Counted from the first letter of the stretch, positions 51,860 to 64,000 are shown. The stretch is DNA of 64,000 nucleotides from Malacoraja senta (GCA_038087875.1 CM075992.1:8124001-8188000), one strand, 5' to 3'. A program made the numbers and translations. The notes: a model not told the origin generated them from the letters alone.

Positions 51860-53325
51860 AAAGAACTGCAGCTGCTGGTAGACACAAACAGCTGGAGTAA
51901 CTCAGCGGGTGAGGCAGCATCTCTGGAGAGAAGGGCGATGTTTCAGGTCGAGACCCTTGTCTGGGGAGGGGGCGGGACAATGATAGAATGTAGGCGGAGA
52001 CAGTAAGACTAGTGGGAGAACTGGGAAGGGGATGGAGAGAGAAAGCAAGGGCTATCTGAAGTTAGGGAAGTCAATGTTCGTACCAAAGATTATAACAGAG
52101 CAAGATGCGCCACTCTGCGAAAAAAGCGTAGCATGACATGGGTGATTGTTGACGCCATTTTATTGGGCTGCAATTTACAATAATAATAATAACATTTACA
52201 ATAATATTAACTAAACATGTGAAGTGATAGATGCTATATAAAACACTGTTCCCTACAGCACGGATTACACCAAAGGTGATAGAGCGGATCAATCTTTGGA
52301 ACAGATTACACCAAAGATACGAGGAGCATTGCCCGCTGCCTCGGGAGCGCCGACCGCGGGCAGACGCTTGAGGCTCTCCCGCCAGACAGCGAGCCTGTGC
52401 CGGCCGCCTTCATCTGGTAGCGGGGGGGCCGAGAATCAGTCCTGGATCAACTCAGGAGTGGAGGAAACGTCCTCTTCCCCCAAAAATACGAGAGGAGCCT
52501 CTAGTATCTTTGCTCTTCCCTGCGACCTGATGTAAGCGCAGATTGTATAACTGTGGAGTCCGTCCCCGCTACTAGAGGATCTTTAGATTACACAGCGGGA
52601 AGCATAAACAAATGGCGGCCGTGACGTTCCGTCCATTGGATGGCGGCCGTGACGTCAGTCCATTGGATTTCGGAGGAGTGGTCTATCTTGCTCCTCTAGT
52701 ATCTTTGGTTCGTACTGCTGGGGTGTAAACTACCCGTGAAATATGAGGTGCTGTTGGGCCAATTTGCGTTGGGCCTCACTCTGACAATGGAGGCCCAGGA
52801 CAGACAGGTCAGATTGGGAATGGGAAGAGGAGTTGAAGTGCTGAGCCACCGGGAGATCAGGTAGGTTAAGACTGACTGAGCGGAGGTATTCAGTGAAACG
52901 ATCGCCGAGCCTGTGCTTGGTCTCGCCGATGTAGAGGTTGACACCAGGAACAGCGGATACAGTAGACGAGGTTGGAGGAGTTACAAGTGAACCTCTGCCT
53001 CTCCTGGACCCCTGTTTGGGTCCTTGGATGGAGTCGAGGGGGGAGCTAAAGGGACTGGTGTTGCTTGGGAAAGAACCTGGGGAGGGGTTGGTTTGGGTGG
53101 GAAGGGACGAGCTGACCAGGGAGTTTCGGAGGGAACGGTCTTTGCGGAAAGCAGAAAGGGGTGGAGATGGGAAGATGTAGCCAGTAGTTGGATCCCATTG
53201 GTGGTAAAAATGTTGGCGGATTATATGCTGTATGCGACGGCTGATGGGGTGTACTGTGAGGCCAATGGGGACTCTGTCCTTGTTACGAATGGGGGGAGGG
53301 GGAGTAAGAGCGGAGCTGCGGGGTT
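51860..53325 (-). mobile_element. Penelope-like element 3' part (GIY-YIG region plus terminal segment), split by a MITE
   Basis: YIGETKHRLGDRFTEYLRSV motif on minus; continues into the PLE terminal segment after the insertion. Confidence 0.8.
52084..52707. mobile_element. Non-autonomous DNA transposon, P-superfamily-like
   Basis: imperfect ~30-bp TIRs CAAAGAT...ATCTTTG; 8-bp TSD GTTCGTAC (52076-52083, 52708-52715). Confidence 0.7.
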
Positions 53326-55289
53326 GGCTTGATCATTCTCAAAATTGGCTTGATCATTGAAGACAGACGAGTGGTGGAAGGGTGTTATTCAGACTGAAGG
53401 TCCATGACCAATAATGTTTTGCAAGCATCAGCGCTGAGACCTCTGTTGCTTGCAATATAAATAAATAATTTAGAAAAAAAGATGCAGGGAAACAGAGATG
53501 CAACAATTGGCAGAGGTGCGGATAGTGAGGGTTGTCATAGGACATTGCAGAATATAGATTTGTTGAAAATATCAAGAGTTGACAAGATGGGATCTTTATT
53601 TTGCCAGGAGGTGTCGCAATTTGTGGGGTGGGTCAAATGTACGAGGAAACTATACAGGAAATGACAGAACCAATTATGTATTGTACAGGGATCTTGGGGT
53701 CCATGTCCATAGCTCCTTGAAAGTGGCAACACAATTATAGGATGCTAAAAATGATGTATAGAATACTTGCCTTTATCGGTTAGGGCAGGAAGTATAGAAG
53801 TTGCAAGTTATTGCCGCAGATACATAAAAGTTTGGTTACTATCGTGTGCAGTTCTGGTCACCACAGTACAGGACGGACGAGGAGGCTTTGAAGAGGACAC
53901 AAAATACATAATGTAACTTGGATTGTTTTCTTTGAAGCATCTGATGCTGAGGGGTGACCTTGATAGAAGTACACAAAATTATGAGGGGCACAGGGAAGAT
54001 AATCGCCCATCTCTGATGGAAATATTTTTTTTAAGGGCACAGATTTAAGGGACGAGGAAGAGTGATTTGCAAGACGAGCATTTATTTAGCAGCCTGGAAC
54101 CCCCCCCCCCTGCCTTGGAAGACGGGGGGGGGGGGGGCGGGTAGGGGGAGCAAATACAATGGTAACGCTTGGAAGGCATTTAGACAGGGACCTAAACAGT
54201 CATGGGATGGAAGAATTTGGACCATTTGCAGACAGATGTCATCAGTTTAAATTGGCATCATGGGACAAAGAACCCGTTCCTGTTCGTTCAAAGTCATGTA
54301 CGTATCTTTGCGTCTTCTCTAGCCACAGGCAAGGTCCCATAGTCACTAATGTCGTTCCTTATTTTAAGGGAAGGGGGGTTAATCCAGAGCCTCATGTCAG
54401 TGGTAGGGAATTATTGGAGAGGATTCTTCGGGATAAGATTTCCATCTGGAAAAGAATGGGTTAATTAGGGACAGTTAACATGGCTTTCATCATAACAGGT
54501 TGTGTCTTACTAACTTGATCAAATTTTTTGAGACAACGACAAAGGTGATTAGCGAGGATGTTGTCCACGTGAGTTTTAGCAAACCATTTGATAAAGTCCC
54601 CCATGGTCAGCTGACTGAGAAGACTAGATGCACGGAATTAACAGTGACTTGGTCGTATGGATTCAGAACTGGCTTACTGATAGAAGTTGTGCGAGAAGAA
54701 CGATATTCAGGCCGAAAGACCCATTTCCACACTGTATTGCTAGATACGAAAATAAAATATGTCAGAAAGTCATGACATAGCTTTATAGGGCTTTAGTCAG
54801 GCCACATTAGGAGTACTGGGTGCAGTTCTGATCGACATTACAGGAAAGAGGTGGAGGCTTTGGAAAGGGTATTAAGGAGGTTTACCAGAATGATGCCTGG
54901 ATTAGGAGGTCTTAACTACGGGGAGAGATTAGACAGACTTGGATTGTTTTCTCTAGAGATTGTTGAGAGCCTTAATATAAATATTAAAAATTATGAGAGG
55001 CATAGACAGGGTACACAGTAGAATATAATGTCCAGGATAGAAGTGTAAAATACTAGAGGGCATAGCTTTAAGGTTGGAGGGGCAACATTTTAAGGGAAGA
55101 GTTTGTTTTGGAGCAGATGCGATAGTGAGGCTTTTGGATAGGTGCGTGGGAATGTGGATGTTGATCACGCAGGCAGAGATTAGTTCAACCTAACCACTTT
55201 CAACACAGACATTGAGCCAGTGCTGTTCTATGTAATTTGAGACATTTTTAAAATATAGTGTTTAGATATACCTGCCTTTGAAAAAATAT

Positions 55290-55489
55290 NNNNNNNNNNN
55301 NNNNNNNNNNNNNNNNNNNNNNNNNNNNNNNNNNNNNNNNNNNNNNNNNNNNNNNNNNNNNNNNNNNNNNNNNNNNNNNNNNNNNNNNNNNNNNNNNNNN
55401 NNNNNNNNNNNNNNNNNNNNNNNNNNNNNNNNNNNNNNNNNNNNNNNNNNNNNNNNNNNNNNNNNNNNNNNNNNNNNNNNNNNNNNNNN
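55290..55489. other. Assembly gap
   Basis: 200 consecutive N. Confidence 1.
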
Positions 55490-56382
55490 CCTCCTCCACC
55501 ATAGATGAGGCTCACACCAGGGTCTCTTCCATACCCCGCAACACTGCTCTCTCTCTCTCCATCCCCCCACTTGCAACAAGGGCATGAGTCCCCCTCGTCC
55601 TCACCTTTCACCCCACTAGCCAGCACATACAAATAGTCCTCCGCCAGTTTCGCCACCTCCAACTTAACCCCACCACTCGCCACATCTTCCCATCTCCCCC
55701 CGTCTGCCTTCCGCAAAGACCGCTCCCTCCGTAACTCCCTTGTCAATTCTTCCTTCCCTCCCGCTCCACCCCTTCCCCGGGCACTTTCCCTTGCAACCGC
55801 AAGAGATGCTACACTTGTAGCTTTACCTCCCCCCTCGACTCCATTCAAGGACCCAAGCAGTCGTTCCAGGTGCGACAGGTTCACCTGCATCTCCTCCAAC
55901 CTCATCTATTGCATCTCCTCCAACCTCATCTATATCGGTGAGACCAAGCGTAGGCTTGGCGATCGTTTCGCCGAACACCTCCGCTCGGTCCGCACTAACC
56001 AACCTGACCTCCCGGTGGCTCAGCACTTCAACTCCCCCCTCCCATTCCGTATCCGACCTCTCTGTCCTGGGCCTCCTCCAACGGCCAGAGTGAGCAACAC
56101 CGGAAATTGGAGGAACAGCACCTCATATTCCGCTTGGGTAGTCTGCATCCTGGTGGCATGAACATTGAATTCTCACAATTCCGTTACCCTTGCTGTCTCC
56201 CTCTCCTTCCTACCTCTCCCTCAGCCCTCTGGCTCCCCTCCTCCTTTTTCCTTTCTTCTCCCGCCTCCCCCCCACCCCCTATCAGTCTGAAGAAGGGTTT
56301 CGGCCCGAAACGTTGCCTATCTCCTTCGCTCCATAGATGCTGCTGCACCCGCTGAGTTTCTCCAGCATTTTTGTGTATCTGC
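55490..56382 (+). mobile_element. Penelope-like element 3' part encoding a GIY-YIG endonuclease remnant, followed by a hammerhead-bearing terminal segment
   Basis: CNRKRCYTC, YIGETKRRLGDRFAEHLRSV, EEQHLIFRLGSLHPGGMNIEF; then CTGAAGAAGGGTTTCGGCCCGAAACGTT at 56287. Confidence 0.88.
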
Positions 56383-56928
56383 CACAGGCAATGATGGTCC
56401 AATTCTACACGGCCATCGTAGAATCTGTCCTCACCTTCTCCATCATGGTCTGGTTTGGCTCAGCCACCAAGCACGACACCTGGAGGCTGCAGCGAATCGT
56501 CCGATCAGCTGAGAAGTTTATTGGCTGCAAGCTTCCCTCCATTGACACTGCAAGGGCCAGGAAGCGAGCGGGCAAAATCATCTCTGACCCCTCTCACCCT
56601 GGCCACAAACTCATTGAAGCACTTCCCTCTGGAAGGCGACTCCGGACTGTCAAAGCTGCCACAGCCAGACATAAAAACTGTTTTTATCCACGAGTAGTTG
56701 CTCCACTCAACAGCCAAAAATCTGTAGCCTCCCTTTGATCTGGTATTTCGTTGGTTCACATGCTTGACCAATGGTGTTTTATCATTAATGTTTTATTATT
56801 ATTAATGTTTAGTGTTTTCTGAGTCATTCGTAACTGTCCCTGTATGTCATGTTGTTACTTGTGGGCAGAGCCCAATGCAAATTCCATGTATGTGAATACT
56901 TGGCCAATAAACGTACTTACTTACTTAT
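56383..56928 (+). mobile_element. Rex1/Babar LINE 3' fragment
   Basis: FYTAIVESVLTFSIMVWFG...DPSHPGH...LPSGRRLR; (TTAC)n tail; the same tail occurs at about 23234-23430 on minus. Confidence 0.85.
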
Positions 56929-57065
56929 TAGAGAGACAGGGAAGAGTTTAGATATTTGAATGAAGAAGGGTCTCACCCTGAAACATCACCTATTCCTTCT
57001 CTCCAGAGATGTTGTCTGACCCACTGAGGTACTCCAGCATTTTGTGTCTACATTGAAGTCTGAAT

Positions 57066-57827
57066 ATGGGTTGGTGGCGCAACTCACGTTGCAGCGGCCC
57101 CTGCAGCCTGTATCTTTTTTTTTTTTTTTGTCCAGTTGAATGTAGTTTGTTGTGTTCTTTTATATTGTTTTTAACTGTGTATATGTGGGGGACGGGGGAA
57201 ACTTTTAAATCTCTTCCCTGCACGGGAGACCTGACCTTTTTCCTGTCGGGTCTCCGTTGTCGTTGGGGCCTAGTACCGTGGAGTGACCTCCAACCGGAAC
57301 GACCTGGGGGCTCCAGTCGCGGAGCCTGCGGACTACTCACCATCGTGGCGCTGGCCGGCCTCGGAGCGTGGGGAGCGGTGGTGGCTCGCTGCTGCGGCCC
57401 GACTCCAGAGCTCGGAGGCTCCAGCCGCAGGCCCGGTGGACAGGAACATCGGGAGCTCGCGGGTGCCTGGTGGGAGGCCGCTTTTCGGAGCTCCGCAACG
57501 CAACTTCTCCCGCCCGTGTCGCGGGGTTGGAACGACCCGGAGCGGGACCGTACATCACCCGGTGAGGCCTCAACGGCCGTGGGACTTACCATCGCCCGCC
57601 TGGGGGCTTTAACATCGGGAGAAAAATGGAACACAGGGGAGAGAAAAGACTTTGCCTTCCATCACAGTGAGGAGGAGATTCACTGTGATGGATGTTTGTG
57701 TGAATTGAATTGTTTCTGTGTCTTGTAGAAATTGTTTCTTTTTGTATGGCTGTAGAAACAGAGTTTCGTTTGAGCCTCATTGAGGTTCAAATGACAATGA
57801 ATAAATATTGTATTGTATATTGTATTG
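57066..57827 (+). mobile_element. Unclassified GC-rich non-autonomous retroelement
   Basis: ends aataaa(tattg)n; 5' part is related to the element at about 19560-19860 on minus. Confidence 0.5.
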
Positions 57828-59148
57828 GTTAACAAGATGAGCGTTTGATGGCATTGGGCCTGTAGTCGCTGGAGTTTAGAAGAATGAGGGGGGGCATCAT
57901 TGAAACGTACTGAATAGTGAAAGGCCTGGACAGTGGATGTGGAGTGGATGTTTCCACTAGTGGGAGAGTCTCGGACTAGAGGTCACAGCCTCAGAATTAA
58001 AGGCCGCACCTTTAGAAAGGAAATAAGGAGGAATTTCATTAGAGGGTGGTGAATCTGTGGAATTATTTGCCACAGAAGGTTGTAGAAGCCAAGTCCATGG
58101 ATATGTCTAAGGCAGAGATAGACAGATGCTTGATTAATACAGACGTCAGGGGTGATGGGAGAAGGCAGGAGGATGGGGTTGAGAGGGAGAGATAGATCAG
58201 CCATGATTGATGGCCTAATTCTGCTCATATCACATGAACTTATGAAGGGACCACACCTGAAAAGTCACCTAACCATTTCCTCCAGGTTTGCTGCCTAACC
58301 TGCACCTTGTGTCTCTTTTCGGGTCGCGTCACAGTCTCAATCACTGGAGGGTTGTGTTCATAAAGGCCACATGAGTTGCATTGGTACATTGTAAATAGAA
58401 TGAAATACACCTGGATGACACTGTGAATGTAAAAAAACTATGCAGTATTATGTATTTCTTGTGTATATGTTTATGAATAAAGTTAAAAAAATATAAAAAT
58501 GGGAATAGCCAAACTTGTATATTAAAATATGGAGAAGAACAACAACAACAATTTGTTTATTTGTCTTTTGGACAAATTTGTCGTTTGGACCCCTTGAGGT
58601 CCAAACCAAATGTCGTTTCTGCAGCCATACAAATTGAATTGTAATGCCATGAGTTGTACAACATAGAGACAGTACCTTTAGCCCACCACATGTATGATGA
58701 CTATTATGTCAACTTACACTAATTGCGCTGATCTACTATATTTCAATATCCCTCTATGCCCTGCTCATTCAAGTACCTATCTAAACTCTTCTCCTTCTCC
58801 CTTCTCTAACATCCCTCTAATAATCACCAGATACTGGGTTTAGGAGCCGATGCATCCCCCTGGAAGGGCACCAATATCATTGCAGGAAGGTTTGCTTGTG
58901 CTACTAGGGAGGAGTTAGACTCGTGTAGAAGGGTGGTGGGAACCATAGTAGGCCAGCAGGTGGAGAGGCTAAGAAGGTCAAGTAGACGTTCAACATGGTT
59001 TTGTATGCAGCAAGTTGTGTCTTCCGAACTTTAATTTTTTTAGGTGATCAATAAGGTTAGGGCAGTGGATGTTGTCTACATTAATTTTAGTCAAACATTT
59101 GAAAAAGTTCTCCATGGCCAGCTGATCTAGAAGGTTAAGATGCACAGT

Positions 59149-59287
59149 CTTCTTCTTGCGTATGGTGTGCACAGCCTAAAGTTGTAGGAGAACTTGTGCT
59201 ATTTGATCTTATTTGATTGTGCACGCCAGGTTGATTGCATTCGTTGAAACAGGGCGGACCACGTGAAGGTTGCAATCTTCCACCCCC
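59149..59287 (-). mobile_element. 139-bp ribozyme-headed short retroelement, copy 1
   Basis: 11-bp TSD AGATGCACAGT (59138-59148, 59288-59298); (AAG)n tail; inserted into a decayed CR1. Confidence 0.88.
59233..59286 (-). ncRNA. Predicted minimal HDV/CPEB3-like ribozyme (54 nt)
   Basis: GGGGUGG AA GAUUGCA ACC UUCACGU GGU CCGCCCU GU UUCAA CGAA UGCAAUC. Confidence 0.78.
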
Positions 59288-60654
59288 AGATGCACAGTGA
59301 CTTGGTCGTATGGATTCGGAATTGGCTTACTCATCGAAGACAGGTTTGTGGAGGATGTTATTCTTGTAGGTCTGTGGAGGGTGTTATTCTTGTAGGTCGA
59401 CAGGGATCTGTGCTGGAACCTCTGTTGTGTGTGATGTATATAAATGACTTGGATGTAAATGTCGATAGGTCACTAGTACATTTGCAGATGACACCGACAT
59501 TGCTGGAGATGGGGACTGTAAGGAAAGCTGCAAAGGTATCAAACAGGACATAGACAACTACAGAAATTAGCAGATAGGTGGCAGATGGAGTTTAATCCGG
59601 GCAAGTGTGGGGTGTTGGACTTTTGGAGGTTGAATTAAAGGGGAAGGTATAAAGTTGATGGTAAGACCCTTAACAGCATTGATATGCAGAGGGACTTGGG
59701 GTCCAGATCCTTAATTCGTTGAAAGTGGCACTGAAGGCATATTGTATGCTTATCTTCATCAGTCAGGGCATATTGCAGCTTTATAAAACTTTGGTGAGGC
59801 CACATTTGGAGCATTGTGTGTAGTTCTAGTTGCTCCATTACTGGAAGGAAGTGGAGGCATTGGAGAAGATGTTTACAAGGATGCCCTCTGGATTAGAGGC
59901 TATTAACTGTAAGGAGAGGTTGGAGAAACTTGGATTGTTTTCTCTGGTGTGTTGGAGAATGAGGAGCGGCCTGATAGAAGTTTATAAAATTATGAGACCC
60001 AGAGATGGGGTAGACAGTCAGAACCTTTTGCAAGCGAAATGTCAAAGACGAGTGCATAGCGTTTATGTCAGGAGGGGAAGGTTTACAGATATGTTTTTTT
60101 TTTATAAGAGACTTGTGGGTGCCTGAAATACGCTGTCAATGATGGTGGTGGAAGCAGATACAAGTCGCACTTAAGAGGCTTTTTTTATAGACACGTTGAT
60201 ATGCAGGGGATGAAGGGCACGTGCAATCAGAGCAGATTAATTTTACTTGACAAGTTTGGTGTAGACATCGTGGGCCAAAGGGCCTATTCTTATGCTGTAC
60301 TGTTATATGTTTAAATAACAAAGGAGGTTAATGAGGACAGGGCTGTAGGCCGAGTCGTTATGGCCTTTAAGGTCCAAAAGGCTTCTCTGGAAGGTTATTG
60401 CATAGGATCCAGGGTCAAGTAGCTAATTGGATACAGAAATGTTAAGAAGCAGAGAGTGGTGATGGAAGGTTGCTTTTAAGACTGGAGGCCTGTGACTAGT
60501 CATGTCCTTCATGCATTAGAGTTGTGATCCATTTCTGTTTGACTTCTACACTGATGATTTGGATGAGAATTTACAAGGCATGATTAATAAGGAATAGCAC
60601 TTCATCTTTCTTCTGGCCTGGTACCAATAGTCATCTGGATTCATTTCACTGCCT

Positions 60655-62170
60655 GATACATAGATACATAGATACATAGAAAATAGGTGCAGGAGTAGGC
60701 CATTCGGCCCTTCGAGCCTGCACCGCCATTCAATATGATCATGGCTGATCATCTAACTCAGTATCCCGTACCTGCCTTCTCTCCATACCCCCTGATCCCT
60801 TTAGCCACAAGGGCCACATCTAACTCCCTCTTAAATATAGCCAATGAACTGGCCTCAACTACCCTCTGTGGCAGAGAGTTCCAGAGATTCACCACTCTCT
60901 GTGTGAAAAAGTTTGTCCTCATCTCGGTCTTAAAGGATTTCCCCCTTATCCTTAAGCTGTGACCCCTTATCCTGGACTTCCCCAACATCGGGAACAATCT
61001 TCCTGCATCTAGCCTGTCCAACTCCATAAGAATTCTGTACGTTTCTATAAGATCCCCTCTCAATCTCCTAAATTCTAGCGAGTATAAGCCAAGTCTATCC
61101 AGTCTTTCTTCATATGAAAGTCCTGACATCCCAGGAATCAGTCTGGTGAACCTTCTCTGCACTCCCTCTATGGCTATAATGTCCTTCCTCAGATTTGGAG
61201 ACCAAAACTGTACGCAATACTCCAGGTGTGGTCTCACCAAGACCCTGTACAACTGCAGTAGAACCTCCCTGCTCCTATACTCAAATCCTCTTGCTATGAA
61301 GGCCAACATACCATTCGCTTTCTTCACTGCCTGCTGCACCTGCATGCCTACTTTCAATGACTGGTGTACCATGACACCCAGGTCTCGCTGCATCTCCCCA
61401 TTTCCTAATCGGCCACCATTTAGATAATAGTCTGCCTTCCCGTTTTTGCCACCAAAGTGGATAACCTCACATTTATCCACATTATACTGCATCTGCCAAA
61501 CATTTGCCCACTCACCCAGCCTATCCAAGTCACCTTGCAGTCTCCTCGCATCCTCCTCACAGCTAACACTGCCCCCCAGTTTAGTGTCATCCGCAAACTT
61601 GGAGATGTTGCTTTCAATTCCCTCATCCAGATCATTAATATAAATTGTAAATAGCTGGGGTCCCAGCACTGAGCCTTGCGGTACCCCACTAGTCACTGCC
61701 TGCCATTGTGAAAAGGACCCGTTTACTCCTACTCTTTGCTTCCTGTTTGCCAGCCAGTTCTCTATCCACATCAATACTGAACCCCCAATACCGTGTGATT
61801 TAAGTTTGTATCCTAATCTCTTATGTGGTACCTTGTCGAAAGCCTTCTGAAAGTCCAGATACAACACATCCACTGGTTCTCCCCTATCCACTCTACTAGT
61901 TACATCCTCGAAAAATTCTATAAGATTCGTCAGACACGATTTACCTTTCGTAAATCCATGCTGACTTTGTCCAATGATTTCACCACTTTCCAAATGTGCT
62001 GCTATCCCATCTTTAATAACTGACTCTAGCAGTTTCCCCACTACCGATGTTAGACTAACTGGTCTGTAATTCCCCGTTTTCTCTCTCCCTCCCTTCTTAA
62101 AAAGTGGGGTTACGTTTGCTACCCTCCAATCCTCAGGAACTACTCCAGAATCTAAAGAGTTTTGAACACA
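60655..62170 (-). mobile_element. Young 5'-truncated CR1 LINE with an uninterrupted RT frame
   Basis: 473-aa ORF 60758-62179 with GVPQGSVLGP and FADD; (CTATGTAT)n tail. Confidence 0.95.
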
Positions 62171-62594
62171 TTTGATCACAGATGATTCTCTTCATAACCC
62201 TCTTCTCTGCAATTTAAACACGTTTACTCATTTTCCCAGTTCTGATGAAGGATCTTCACCTTGAAATGTTGGTTTTCATTCCACGGATGCTGCCTGTTTC
62301 CAATATTATTTTAGCATATTTCAGATTTTCAGCATCTCCATTTATTTGCCTACATCATACTGAGATCTGGTGCACAGCCAAGGTACAGTAAAGCTCCGGC
62401 AATCTACCACCGACCATACAGAAAGGCTCACCAGATGTTTGATGTGAACCCTCCGGACACCTCGCCGTCTCACCCACTCACCCCACCCCTTGTCCCAGTG
62501 CCTATGTTGACCCTTACTCCCTGCCCCCACCCTCCCTTCACTACCGGGGCAATATTTCCCATGCTTCCTTTATATTCACTAAACTGTTATTTCG

Positions 62595-62868
62595 TTTAAT
62601 TTAGAGAAACAGCACAGAAACAGGCCCTTTGGCCCACCGAGTCTGCATCGACCAGCGATCCCCGTTACACTAGCACACACTAGGGACAATTTACAATTTT
62701 ACCAAGCCAATTAACCTACAAACCTGCATGTCTTTGGAATGTGGGAGGAAACCGGGGCACCCGGAGAAAACCCACACGGTCACGGGGAGGACGTACAAAC
62801 TCTGTACAGACAGCACCCGTAAGTCAGGATCTAACCCAGGTCTCTGGCACTGTGCCACTGTGCCGCCC
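62595..62868 (-). mobile_element. HE1-like V-SINE; its 5' end is the target site of the 139-bp element
   Basis: same SINE family. Confidence 0.85.
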
Positions 62869-62870
62869 AT

Positions 62871-63009
62871 CTTCTTCTTCTTTCGTGTGGCGTGCACCGC
62901 CTAAAGTTGTAGGACAACTTGTTCTATTTGATCTTCCGTTTGTGCACGTCGAGTTGATTGCATTAGTCGAAACAGGGCGGACCACGTGAAGGTTGCAATC
63001 TTCCACCCC
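62871..63009 (-). mobile_element. 139-bp ribozyme-headed short retroelement, copy 2
   Basis: 11-bp TSD GTGCCGCCCAT (62860-62870, 63010-63020); (AAG)n tail. Confidence 0.9.
62956..63009 (-). ncRNA. Predicted minimal HDV/CPEB3-like ribozyme (54 nt)
   Basis: GGGGUGG AA GAUUGCA ACC UUCACGU GGU CCGCCCU GU UUCGA CUAA UGCAAUC. Confidence 0.82.
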
Positions 63010-64000
63010 GTGCCGCCCATGTTACTGTGTGACATCTTATAAAACAAACAAATTAAAAGCATTTTGGAGTATTATTCTGGAACAGAAAACAGAAAACCTG
63101 TTAATCCAGCACCACTAAGGCCCCAGGTTATCAGAGTTTTACTGTACAGTTCACTGGTGCATTGTCTTGCTACACACTGCACCCTACAGGCCTCAGCTCC
63201 CGAGCACTGGATTGAACTCCCCGCACAGGGTTGCTTGAACGCTGATTGGAGTCTCCTGCTACACATAGCTTATCACTGCCTCAAATTACCAGTTGTGCAA
63301 GGCAGTGTTTCACACGCAGATAATTAGGCAACCTTTTAAATATCTAATTGGCATTGAAGTCGACTCCGGGTGAGGTTTAAATAAACAGACACCAGACTCC
63401 ACAGTGGGCTAAAGCATCTTATTCAGAGACATCGAACATCTGGTAAAATTACACAAAGACAACAAAATGCTATTTATAACAAAATGACTCTTTTTAAAAA
63501 ATACACCTTTCTATCCATACAAAATAGTCAAATTTCCTAAATAAGCTATGCTATCGGTACAAATGAGAGAAATAAAACCCATGAAGTGAAAAGTAATACT
63601 AACAGCTTCAGCAACCCTTCCGTACTTCAGTAGCATGTTCAGCCCTTAGGCCTTCAGTCAAATCTGTTCCTCTGATAACCTCATTTGAAGTGGTTCATGC
63701 TTTCTTTGTGGCTGACTAAGCAATGGCTGACGTTCCATGGAAAGACTCAGGCAGTTCGCTGGATCTGGGATCATATTTCAGACCATTTGACTCACAAAAG
63801 ATAATGAGAAAATCCTTCAAAATACACGATTTCCTACCCGTTGGCTCATTTCAAAGTAACCTCTATAATAATTAGTGACATGTATTCCGCGCGACACTGG
63901 AGCAGGTTTGAGCAACAAAGTGGCTTACTCTTGCGACATGATTCCAGCAAAATGGAGGGTCTCGATAGAGAAATGACGACAATAGTCTTACAAGAAATGC

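Noticed and set aside
56990..57728. Overlapping 214-aa and 220-aa ORFs
   Set aside because: GC-rich repeat depleted of stop codons; no recognisable domain.

Overview
Vertebrate genomic DNA, most likely a cartilaginous fish (skate or ray), inferred from dense HE1-type V-SINEs and CR1 LINEs. Two convergent multi-exon genes are present. MAP2K7 (MKK7) lies on +, with its last 8 coding exons at 4391-23929. The DEAD-box (DECD) helicase DDX39A lies on -, with 9 coding exons at 51249-36466; its ATG exon was not found in the window. Introns are filled with CR1, L2/Crack, Rex1, RTE, Penelope, SINEs, DNA-transposon MITEs and one Gypsy remnant. There is one 200-N gap. Main discovery: three TSD-flanked short retroelements begin, exactly or within 1 nt of their 5' end, with a fold matching an HDV/CPEB3-like self-cleaving ribozyme. 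Two are 139-bp copies carrying a minimal 54-nt ribozyme, sense to DDX39A in what appears to be its intron. The third is a 310-bp RTE-like element downstream of DDX39A. Also found: many Penelope-type minimal hammerhead motifs, a phase-compatible alternative MAP2K7 terminal exon, a candidate poison/decoy exon in DDX39A intron 6, and a P-superfamily-like MITE. Repeat boundaries without a stated TSD are approximate.
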